A DNA stretch of 64,000 bases, taken from an uncultured Bacillota bacterium (GTDB taxonomy: Bacteria > Bacillota_I > Bacilli_A > RFN20 > CAG-288). The position numbers and the translations under genes were made by a program. Shown here one piece after another: positions 18,008 through 27,873 of the stretch (positions within the stretch are counted from its first letter, which is position 1; each line of letters opens with the position of its first letter). The notes beneath the pieces were generated by a model, which was not told the DNA's origin, searched no databases, and worked only from the letters and a program-made list of their open reading frames with translations. The DNA is taken from assembly GCA_949299015.1 (NCBI GenBank), contig CASFYT010000002.1, positions 50,781 through 114,780 of the forward strand, given 5' to 3'.

Positions 18008-18771
18008 GGGCCCTGATCACCGGAGGTTCCTCGGGAATCGGATGGGCGATGGCGGATGAGCTCCTCCGCCGAGGATACGACCTTGTCCTGGTCAGTCGGA
18101 CCGAGGGACGGATCGACGAGCTGAGGAAAAGGCATCCGGAGAGGGAAATCCGCTTCCTCTCGCACGACCTCACTCGACGGGAGGAATGCTTTCTCCTGCT
18201 CCAGGAGACGGAGGGAATCGACTTCGACCTCTTCCTCAACAATGCCGGATATGGCGACATCGGTCGCTTCGACGAGACTTCCCTCGAGAAGGAGATCGAC
18301 ATCGTCGGAATCAATGACGTGGCGACCTTGATCCTGGGAAAGACCTTCCTCCTTCGCTTTCGGAAGAGCGGGCGGGGAAGAATCCTCTTCGTCTCCTCGG
18401 CCGCGAGCTTCGGGCCGGCCCCCTACATGTCCCTCTACTATGCCACGAAGGCCTTCGTCACCTTCCTCGTCCACGGCTACCATCGGGAGCTTCGCGACGA
18501 ACGCAGCGCAGTGACCGTCTCCCTCCTCTGCCCCGGACCCGTCCGGACAGGATTCGAGAAGAGGGCCAACGCCCATTTCACCCTTCCGTCCCTGACGCCG
18601 GAAAAGGTCGCCCGGTATGCGATCCCCCGTTTTCTCAAGGGAAGGCTGGAGATCGTCCCGGGGGCGATGATGAAGGCGGCGCACCTCGTCTCCCACTTCG
18701 TTCCGAAGCGTCTGATTACGATGGCACTCAACAAATCCGCCGAGATTCAAACGAAGGAAGATGCTGCCTGA
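18004..18771 (+). CDS. short-chain dehydrogenase/reductase
   Basis: TGGSSGIG, NNAG, YYATK motifs; probable TTG start overlapping psuG stop. Confidence 0.92.
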   Translation: MRALITGGSSGIGWAMADELLRRGYDLVLVSRTEGRIDELRKRHPEREIRFLSHDLTRREECFLLLQETEGIDFDLFLNNAGYGDIGRFDETSLEKEIDIVGINDVATLILGKTFLLRFRKSGRGRILFVSSAASFGPAPYMSLYYATKAFVTFLVHGYHRELRDERSAVTVSLLCPGPVRTGFEKRANAHFTLPSLTPEKVARYAIPRFLKGRLEIVPGAMMKAAHLVSHFVPKRLITMALNKSAEIQTKEDAA

Positions 18772-18787
18772 TGGCAGCATTTTTTTG
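18761..18787 (+). terminator. intrinsic terminator overlapping SDR stop
   Basis: ATGCTGCC-TGAT-GGCAGCAT followed by T run. Confidence 0.8.
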
Positions 18788-18866
18788 GCAATCGGAGGAA
18801 AAATCGATAAAAATCGGGTTATTTTTCATTGATGCAGACAAGGATGAACGGGTTTCAAAAAAAGAT

Positions 18867-18893
18867 TTAGCACTGATATGTTGAAATTGCTAA
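18867..18893. promoter_or_regulatory. CIRCE (HrcA operator), degenerate, overlapping groES promoter
   Basis: TTAGCACTG-N9-AATTGCTAA vs consensus TTAGCACTC-N9-GAGTGCTAA; overlaps TTGAAA (-35), TATAAT at 18903. Confidence 0.85.
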
Positions 18894-18951
18894 CTTTCGG
18901 GCTATAATAATGTCAGTCCTGCGAAAGCGGACCCAGAATCGGAGGTGACTT

Positions 18952-19233
18952 ATGATCAAGCCTTTAAGAGATTACGTCGTGTTGGAGAAGGTTCCCGAAG
19001 AGAAGAAGATCGGTGGAATCATCATCGCGACCAGCCATGAGAACGAGTCGGCTGTTGCCAACGTCATCGCTGTCGGCCCCGGATATACCAACGAGGAAGG
19101 ACACGAGATCAAGGTTCAGGCCCACGTCGGTGACCGTGTCATTTATAAGAAATATTCCACGACGGACTATGAAGAAGCCGGAAAGAAGTTCATGCTGATT
19201 CAGGATAAGGACATCCTGGCTGTTGTTGAGTAA
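18952..19233 (+). CDS. groES: co-chaperonin GroES
   Basis: MIKPL.D.VV, GGIII, AVGPG, DILAVVE. Confidence 0.97.
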   Translation: MIKPLRDYVVLEKVPEEKKIGGIIIATSHENESAVANVIAVGPGYTNEEGHEIKVQAHVGDRVIYKKYSTTDYEEAGKKFMLIQDKDILAVVE

Positions 19234-19252
19234 GTTTGAGGAAAAGAGGTAA

Positions 19253-20881
<1,629 letters not shown>

Positions 20882-20899
20882 TCCCTGACAGGAAGAACG

Positions 20900-20935
20900 A
20901 AAGGCTGTCCGGAATTTCACCGGGCAGCCTTTTTT
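20900..20935 (+). terminator. intrinsic terminator after groEL
   Basis: AAGGCTGTCCGG..CCGGGCAGCCTT followed by T run. Confidence 0.85.
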
Positions 20936-20977
20936 CGTGTTCTGAAAAAAAGAGAAGGTTTTTCCCTTCTCTCGTCA

Positions 20978-22084
20978 TCATTCGAAGACCAGGTCGCCGT
21001 ATTCCTTGGCGAAGGAGGGCTGGATCTGGAAGCGGGTGGGATCGAGATGACGCCCATCGAGGCTTCGCAGATGGCCGGCGACGTCGGAGAGCGGTTCGAG
21101 GTGATATCGGAAGGTCCCCCTCGTCGTGGAGTCGATGCCGATCATGAATCCCGAGCGTTCCTTGCTCTCCCCTGCGGCGGCCTCCCCGCAGGCAAAGGCA
21201 TCCTCCTGATCCTGTCGGGAAGGGAGGTAGAAGGCGGCGCGCTGGGGGATGGAGAGCTCGATGGCCCTCGTCTTGCATCCCGCCTTCCGGAAACGTTCGG
21301 CGAAGAGGGCGGCGATGCCGCCGAGCTGGGGATTACCGAAGCTGTCCCGGTGTTCGGTGGCGGTATAGAGCCTTCCGTTCTCGTCCCGGATGCCTTCGGC
21401 GAGGACGACGTTGCAGCGCCCCTTCTTCCCGTAGCAGGAAAGGACGGCTTCCTGGAGGCGTTCAAAGGCGAAGGGAACCTCGGGAACGAGGATGAAGTCC
21501 GGCTTTTCCCAGGGGGAGAGCGAAGCGCTCGCGGCGAGGGAACCGTTGTCCCTCCCCATCGTCTCGATGACGTTGACCCTTCCCTTTTCGTAGGAAAGGT
21601 CGTCCTGGAGGATGGCGGCTGTCGTCAGGGCGACGTAGCGGGCAGCAGAGAGGAAGCCGGGGGTTCGGACGGTTCCGACGAGATCGTTGTCAACGGTCTT
21701 CGGAATGGCGACGACCTTGGTCCTTCGCCCTTGGAGGGCGCAGGCGAGGCGAAGGGCGCTGTCCATCGTGTCGTTGCCGCCGTTGGGAAGCAGGGCGTCG
21801 ATCTCGTTCTCCTCGAGCGTCTTCTGAATCGGGAGAAGGAATTCGGGATTCTTCTTCAAACTGATGCGGGCGGAACCGAAATAGGCGCCGGGACGTTCCC
21901 GGAGGAAGGAATAGTCCTTGTCCAAGTCGATTTTCTGCAGTCTTCCTTCGATCAGGCCCTTCAGGCCGAAGGGTGAGACGAAGAGTTCCAGTCCTTCCTT
22001 TCGCGCCCGATCCAGGACGCCGAGGAAGGAAACGTTGATGACGGCGGTCGGACCGCCGCCCTGGAAGTAGACGACTCTTCTCAT
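20978..22084 (-). CDS. pfp: phosphofructokinase, probably PPi-dependent
   Basis: QGGGPTAVIN, GGNDT, PKTVDND, ETMGRD motifs; ATG overlaps upstream TGA. Confidence 0.85.
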   Translation of the reverse strand: MRRVVYFQGGGPTAVINVSFLGVLDRARKEGLELFVSPFGLKGLIEGRLQKIDLDKDYSFLRERPGAYFGSARISLKKNPEFLLPIQKTLEENEIDALLPNGGNDTMDSALRLACALQGRRTKVVAIPKTVDNDLVGTVRTPGFLSAARYVALTTAAILQDDLSYEKGRVNVIETMGRDNGSLAASASLSPWEKPDFILVPEVPFAFERLQEAVLSCYGKKGRCNVVLAEGIRDENGRLYTATEHRDSFGNPQLGGIAALFAERFRKAGCKTRAIELSIPQRAAFYLPSRQDQEDAFACGEAAAGESKERSGFMIGIDSTTRGTFRYHLEPLSDVAGHLRSLDGRHLDPTRFQIQPSFAKEYGDLVFE

Positions 22085-25000
22085 TCGCAGTCCTCCATGT
22101 CCGCCTTGGCCATCTCCAGGACATGGATCTCCTGGTCCATGATGAAGCGCAGCCGATGGAGTTCCTCCCTTTCGAAACGCTTCTGCCTTTGGATGCGGTC
22201 GAAGCCATAGAGGCAGAGAAGGGTGGTCATGAGCCCGATTCCGGTCATGGCCAGCCCCAAGGTCAGGAAGGGGGATTCGTATTCCAGGGAGTAGCGGTGT
22301 TCGCCGGCATCGGCGACGAAGCCGATGAATCCGCCATGGGCCTTGTAGGTCTCGATTTCTTCCTTGACGTCGTTGCCGTCCTTGTCCTCGCTCCATTCGT
22401 AGAGCTTCCATCCCGCCTGGCGAGGATAGTTGAGGACGACGAACTTCCGCTTGGAATAGTCGGTCGTGAAGAAGACGTTGTCGTCGTCGCGCGACGTGAT
22501 CTCGACCGGCTCTTGTCGAAGCGCATCGATCGCCTCCTGATAGTCCTTGTTGCGGATGACGTAGATCTCGGGCCGATCGATGGTGACAGGATTGTCCTTC
22601 GTTCCGTCGAGGATGACGCCGACGATGGTCTTGACCGGCCGGTCGACGTAATATCCGTGGGCGTTCTGATAGTCGGAATAGGAATGCTGGGCGATCGAGA
22701 TGAGCTTTCCTTCCTCGTCGAAGAGGCGCCAGGAGATGTTGTTGCTCGAGTCGATGGAGAGGTAGGCGCCGGTCTCGGGCTTGCTCGGATCGGCTTCCGG
22801 GACGAGGCAGACGCTCTCGCCTGCGTTCTCGAAGGTCAGGACCAGCTTGGAATTGTAGAGGACTTCCCTCGTATAGGCTTCGGAAGTGTTTCCCTGCTCG
22901 TCGCGCAGGGTGTCGTAGTCGTATTGGCTGTCGGCAGGGCCGATGCCGTTGGCGGCCAGGAAGGGATGCGCGGCGTCGTACTCCTCCCTTCCCTCATTGT
23001 CGTAGGGATCGTCGGGATTCATGTAGGCGTATTCGCCGTCCGGATTGCTTGCCGTCGCCGGCCAGTTGGCGGCGTAGACTTCGACGTGGACGCGCGTCGA
23101 GCCGGCATAGCGCTCGATCGGAGCCGAGACGCCCTCCCGATAGTTGGAAGTGATCATGCTGCTGTAGAAGGTGGAGGAGGGGTTGGCGTTGTCTTCGGAG
23201 ATCGTCTTCTCCTGTCCGTTGACGACGTAGGTGCCGGCGTTGAAGAGGTTGTGCTCCCGGAAATCGAGGAAGTCTTCGTTGTCCAGCATGCCGTAACGGA
23301 GCAGGGGATATTCGTTGACGTCTTCGTATCGTCCCCAGTAATACTCTCCTTCGGAGTTCTGTCCGGTGGAAAGCCAGGCGGTGTTGATGACGGTGTCGAA
23401 GGGGAATGCGAAGTCGACGAAGTTGAGGTTGACGTAGAGGGATTTGTCGCATTCGTCGCTGGCCAAGAAGTTGAGCAGTTCCTCGGAATAGTCGACTCCA
23501 AGGTCCTTCTTCTCCTCCTCGGTCAGGGAGAGGACGTTCACATAGCCGTAGGGGATGTCGTAGTCGGAGAAGGGGACTTCGTTGGGACCGTAGTCGAGAT
23601 CGACCTTGGGGACAAGGTAGTACTTCGTTCCGAGGAAGGTCTCCATGTTCTCGCGACGGTTGTGCATGCCCATGGACCAGTTTCCGCTGGTGTAGGGGAT
23701 GTGCGATCGATCGATGAAGTCCTGCGCCTCGAAGGCGTAGACGGAATGGAAGGAACCCAATCCGTTGTATCCGATGCGCATCGATATGTTGATGTTGTTG
23801 CGGTCCGCCGTGGGAGAGAAGAGGCGATAGAAGTCGTTTCCCTCGCTCTCCTTGAGCAAGGACACGATCTTCGTCTCCTCGGCAATGTTGGCCGGTCCGC
23901 CCGCCATCGTATCGAGGTCGGCCGTTCCCTGGAAGATGATGGTGACGTTCGCCATGACGACGATGTCGATGGAGCACAGGGCGACCATCACCTTGGAAAG
24001 GCGGGCCTTGTGGAAGAGCGGACGCATGCAGAGGTAGCAGACGAAGACCCAGGCCATCGACAGGGGGATTTCGATCATCTTCAGATCCCAATAGGTCGAA
24101 GAGGGAAAATAGCTCGGGTTGTTGTTGACGGCATAGACGATGAGGAAGCCGCAGATGGCATCCAGGATCATGACGAAGGCGAAGGAGAGGTCGAGGGTAG
24201 AACGGGGAATGGAACGTCGGTTCTGCAGGGTGAGGATGTCGAAGACGATCATCCAGCTCGTCGGAATGATGAAGTAGCGGGCGTAGGCGACGGTGAAGCC
24301 GGAGAAGAGGTAGAAGCCGATCGGAGTAAAGATCAGGAAGAGGGTCAGGAACATTCCGACCATGTGGGAGAACTTCCTCTGCCGAATCGAATTGATCAGG
24401 CCGACGAAGAAGAGAAGGAGCAGTGGCGTCGTCGCATAGAGGGAGGAAGCCATGTTGTCGTACCATGAGACGTTGAGGAGGTTGGAGTAGTAGCAGTTGT
24501 CGGGCATGAACAGGAAGTTGAGCAATGGCGTGATCTGGTTATGCGCCATCGTGGAAGGATAGGTGAAGAAGTTTTCGATGAACTCTCCGAGAGATTGACT
24601 GTTGAGCAGGGTGTCGAGATAGCTGTCGCCCGAGGAGACGCGCGGCATGGAAATGGCCATGTACATACCTGGCAGGAGCGTGATTCCGGAGAGGAAGATG
24701 CCGATGACGAAGGAGAAGACGCCGACGCCGATCGTCGACCACTGTTCCTCAAAAGACCGCTTCTTCATCGTCTGGAAGAACCGGAAGATGGCATAGAGGA
24801 AGGCGCCGATCATGAAGACGACAAAGAAAAAGTAGCTTGTCAGCGCATTGAGAAGGAAGCCGACAAGAAGGATTCTCGGGTCGCGGTCGCGCAGAATCCT
24901 TTCGATGCCGAGGAACGTCAACGGAAGGAAGGCGACCGAATCGATGAAATGGAACCACAGGTAGCCGAAGCAATATCCGCAAAAACCGTAGCACAATGCA

Positions 25001-25497
25001 CCAATTCTTCTGTTCTTATCGGAAACGTCAAAAGAAGAAAGATACCAGTAGAAAAGCATTCCAGAGATGACAAGCTTCGGAACGAACATGAATCCTTGGA
25101 CATAAATCAACCAATCTCGAGGAAAGAGGAGCATGATGAGGAAGAAAGGATCGAAGAGATAGTAGAAGGAATTGCCTCCGATGTTGTCGATGCCCAGGAA
25201 AGCGGAGCGATCCCAGAAGGGAAAGTCCCCCGTCTGGAAGAAATGGTGCCAATCGTCGTATCCGTTATAGATGAAGGTCATCTCCTGGAGCGTATAGTCG
25301 CCACCCAGGGGGACGGTCAGCTGATTGCGGATCCAGCTGTAGATGAAGCAGCAAATCCCGACGATGACAAGACAGTAGAACGTCTTGAGCCTTTCGGAAG
25401 GATGAAGGATTTTGTCCTTGAGACGTTCTGCAAGAGGATCCACGCGATGATGGAGGGCCATCTGAAGCCGCGAGCTGATTTCCAAGACTTTTTCCAT
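22081..25497 (-). CDS. YfhO-family (GT-C) large membrane protein
   Basis: N-terminal GD...Q..F, YY..DPF, many TMs, large outer loop, C-terminal PRQAGWK...GFIG....GEH...LEY.SP plus TM. Confidence 0.85.
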   Translation of the reverse strand: MEKVLEISSRLQMALHHRVDPLAERLKDKILHPSERLKTFYCLVIVGICCFIYSWIRNQLTVPLGGDYTLQEMTFIYNGYDDWHHFFQTGDFPFWDRSAFLGIDNIGGNSFYYLFDPFFLIMLLFPRDWLIYVQGFMFVPKLVISGMLFYWYLSSFDVSDKNRRIGALCYGFCGYCFGYLWFHFIDSVAFLPLTFLGIERILRDRDPRILLVGFLLNALTSYFFFVVFMIGAFLYAIFRFFQTMKKRSFEEQWSTIGVGVFSFVIGIFLSGITLLPGMYMAISMPRVSSGDSYLDTLLNSQSLGEFIENFFTYPSTMAHNQITPLLNFLFMPDNCYYSNLLNVSWYDNMASSLYATTPLLLLFFVGLINSIRQRKFSHMVGMFLTLFLIFTPIGFYLFSGFTVAYARYFIIPTSWMIVFDILTLQNRRSIPRSTLDLSFAFVMILDAICGFLIVYAVNNNPSYFPSSTYWDLKMIEIPLSMAWVFVCYLCMRPLFHKARLSKVMVALCSIDIVVMANVTIIFQGTADLDTMAGGPANIAEETKIVSLLKESEGNDFYRLFSPTADRNNINISMRIGYNGLGSFHSVYAFEAQDFIDRSHIPYTSGNWSMGMHNRRENMETFLGTKYYLVPKVDLDYGPNEVPFSDYDIPYGYVNVLSLTEEEKKDLGVDYSEELLNFLASDECDKSLYVNLNFVDFAFPFDTVINTAWLSTGQNSEGEYYWGRYEDVNEYPLLRYGMLDNEDFLDFREHNLFNAGTYVVNGQEKTISEDNANPSSTFYSSMITSNYREGVSAPIERYAGSTRVHVEVYAANWPATASNPDGEYAYMNPDDPYDNEGREEYDAAHPFLAANGIGPADSQYDYDTLRDEQGNTSEAYTREVLYNSKLVLTFENAGESVCLVPEADPSKPETGAYLSIDSSNNISWRLFDEEGKLISIAQHSYSDYQNAHGYYVDRPVKTIVGVILDGTKDNPVTIDRPEIYVIRNKDYQEAIDALRQEPVEITSRDDDNVFFTTDYSKRKFVVLNYPRQAGWKLYEWSEDKDGNDVKEEIETYKAHGGFIGFVADAGEHRYSLEYESPFLTLGLAMTGIGLMTTLLCLYGFDRIQRQKRFEREELHRLRFIMDQEIHVLEMAKADMEDCE

Positions 25498-25608
25498 GTT
25501 GATTTCCTAGCTATCTTTATATCATCCTCCGCCCCTCTTTTCTACTTCCCCAACGAGAAAAGCGGGCCGAAGTCCTATCTTGGAGCTCTCCTTTGCTATA
25601 CTAATGGC

Positions 25609-27003
25609 ATGACGTTCCTTTCCTTTTCGACGCAACTGAGACGCTATGTCTCCTCGTCCTTCTTTATCGTGACTTTGGCCTTCCTCTCGTTCCTCATCTG
25701 GTTTTTGCCCGATCCTTACCTCTGGATTCCGGCCGCCTTTTTCATGGTCTTCTGCTTCCTTCCTCTCCTGGCCTTCGATGGGCGAGCCTATATCCCCCTC
25801 ATGTTCTTTCTGGCCATCTCCGATCGCGTCCCGATCGGAATCGGAGCCATTCCGATCTATCTTTTTGCTGTCGGCGGCTGCATCTTCCTCTCCCTGGTCC
25901 TCTTTCTGGTCTTCCGCCGCCTGCCCCTGCGAAAGGGAGAACTGACCATACCTCTCTTTTTCCTTTTCCTTGTCTTTGTCGTCTCCTACTTCATCAATGC
26001 CGTTCGCCTTCAGGAAGCCGAAGGGACAGGAATTTTCTTTATATTATTTTTCTTTGTTTTTCTTCTTATCTATGTATTGTTCAACACAATCCTGACAAGG
26101 GAAGATACCAATCTTTATTTCGCACAGAACGTGGCTGTTTTTGCAACCCTGATTGCTCTCGAAGTGTTCGTGGATTTCTGGTTGAATTCCAGGGTTGTCG
26201 GCGATGTCGGATTCAACCTGGGATGGTCTTATACGAGCCAGACGGCCAGCACCCTTCTCTCCCTTTCCCTTCCCTTCTTCACGATGCTGGTTTCCCGCAA
26301 GAGATATGTCGCCATTCCCTTCGAGGTCTTTGTCCTTTCGGCCATCGTGATCCTATCGGTGGATTCCTCGCTTCTCGCCGTGATCCTCTTTCTTCTTCCT
26401 CTCCTGCTTCTGGGTTTTCGTCCCTATGGTCGTGCCTATCCCTATCTCGCCATTTCGGCCATCGCTGGATTCGGTGTCCTCTTCGTCTGCCTGATGGTCT
26501 TCGTCCCCGCGTTCCAAAGCCGCGTCCTGACGGCCTTCGCCAGCCTCAACTTCGGGCAGACGCGTCCGGAATACCGTCAGGAACTCTTCCAAAAGGCCAT
26601 CGACGGCTTCCTCCGATATCCGACCTTCGGGCCCTCGATTTCCTCGATGGTCTCGCCGGACAAGGTCGTCCTGCTCTCTTCCAATACCGTTCTTTCGACG
26701 CTCTCGATGGGAGGGGCCTTCGGCCTGCTTGCCTTTGCCGTCTATGAGTTCCTTCTCTACTATACGTCGCTTCGCAAGACCTCGGATTGTCGTTGGCTGT
26801 TCCTTGTCTTCCTTCTGGAACTGGAGTTCATCGGCCTGATCGACAATACGATCTACAACCTCCTGATCTTCCTTTTCCTTCTCTTGGCCTATTCCTGCTA
26901 TCAGATTTCCGATCGCCAGGATGACGTCCTCATCCACGACGTCTTCCTTCGTTTCTCGAGGGAGGACCAGGAGAAGAACCTATCGGACATGTCGAACTGG
27001 TAA
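25609..27003 (+). CDS. polytopic membrane protein, O-antigen ligase-like (divergent)
   Basis: About 12 TMs; R.ELF..AI..F..YP.FG and SSNT.L..L..GG.FG segments; TGCTATACT extended -10 just upstream. Confidence 0.6.
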   Translation: MTFLSFSTQLRRYVSSSFFIVTLAFLSFLIWFLPDPYLWIPAAFFMVFCFLPLLAFDGRAYIPLMFFLAISDRVPIGIGAIPIYLFAVGGCIFLSLVLFLVFRRLPLRKGELTIPLFFLFLVFVVSYFINAVRLQEAEGTGIFFILFFFVFLLIYVLFNTILTREDTNLYFAQNVAVFATLIALEVFVDFWLNSRVVGDVGFNLGWSYTSQTASTLLSLSLPFFTMLVSRKRYVAIPFEVFVLSAIVILSVDSSLLAVILFLLPLLLLGFRPYGRAYPYLAISAIAGFGVLFVCLMVFVPAFQSRVLTAFASLNFGQTRPEYRQELFQKAIDGFLRYPTFGPSISSMVSPDKVVLLSSNTVLSTLSMGGAFGLLAFAVYEFLLYYTSLRKTSDCRWLFLVFLLELEFIGLIDNTIYNLLIFLFLLLAYSCYQISDRQDDVLIHDVFLRFSREDQEKNLSDMSNW

Positions 27004-27025
27004 AACAGTTAGGAAAGGAGAACGT

Positions 27026-27280
27026 ATGGTTGCTGCAAGCCTGGCCTTTGGAATCATGTCCATCTTCTTCTCCTCCTGTGGCCTTCTCTATCCTTCCCTC
27101 ATCAGCCTCGCCTTTGCTCTTTTCGGTTTGATCCCCGGGGTGGTTGCGGTGGTCGTCGGATGGAAGAACAAGTTCGAACCGATTGCGACGGCGGGGTTCA
27201 TCACGGGTGCCGTCGGCGTTTTCGTCGGAGTCCTGTCCATCCTGATAAGCACGATCTTCGTGGCCGCCGGGATGGCCTAG
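27026..27280 (+). CDS. small membrane protein (DUF4190-like)
   Basis: ASLAFGIMSI...ATAGFITGAVG; AAGGAG RBS. Confidence 0.65.
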   Translation: MVAASLAFGIMSIFFSSCGLLYPSLISLAFALFGLIPGVVAVVVGWKNKFEPIATAGFITGAVGVFVGVLSILISTIFVAAGMA

Positions 27281-27420
27281 AAGGCCGGTTTCTTCCGACG
27301 TTCCCTCGACAGGAGAAATCCTGTCTTTTTTGTGAAACGAGCGAAGAAAGGAGGAAACGACGTCGAAAACCTCCTTCCTTGCAAAAAAGTCTTGCAAAAG
27401 GAAAGGCGAAGTCGATAATA

Positions 27421-27436
27421 GTTAATGTAAGGTAAC
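27421..27436. promoter_or_regulatory. candidate metal-regulator operator upstream of feoA
   Basis: GTTA-N8-TAAC palindrome just downstream of TTGCAA..GATAAT promoter elements. Confidence 0.45.
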
Positions 27437-27450
27437 AACGGAGGCGCACC

Positions 27451-27873
27451 ATGCTTTTGACACAAGCCTGTCCACGGGAAGAACTGCGGATCGTGGACAT
27501 ACACACGGATTACCGGCACAAGAGACACCTGGAGAACCTCTCCCTTCTCAAGGGAGAGAAGGTCACCTGTCTCTACAATCGCTCGGGAGACGTCGTCATC
27601 AAGGTGAAGGACGGAAGGATTGCCATCAATCGGGAGTTTGCCTGCGACATCGCGGTGGAACCGCTCGACGAAAAGTCCTTCGTCTGGGATTCGAGGAAGA
27701 CGGGATTTGGTAAGAAGGCGAAGATCGTCGAATTCCGACGTCCGACGGAAGAGGCGAAGGCTCTCTTCCGCAAGGAAGACGAAGAGATTCGCCTGGTCGA
27801 GAAGGAGGCGAAGAGGAAGCTGAAGGAGATTCGAAAGGCTCGAAAGCAGCAGAAAAGAGAGGAACACAAATGA
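27451..27873 (+). CDS. feoA: ferrous iron transport protein A with C-terminal extension
   Basis: KRHLENL...GE.V......GDVVIKVKDGRIAI; overlaps feoB start. Confidence 0.88.
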   Translation: MLLTQACPREELRIVDIHTDYRHKRHLENLSLLKGEKVTCLYNRSGDVVIKVKDGRIAINREFACDIAVEPLDEKSFVWDSRKTGFGKKAKIVEFRRPTEEAKALFRKEDEEIRLVEKEAKRKLKEIRKARKQQKREEHK

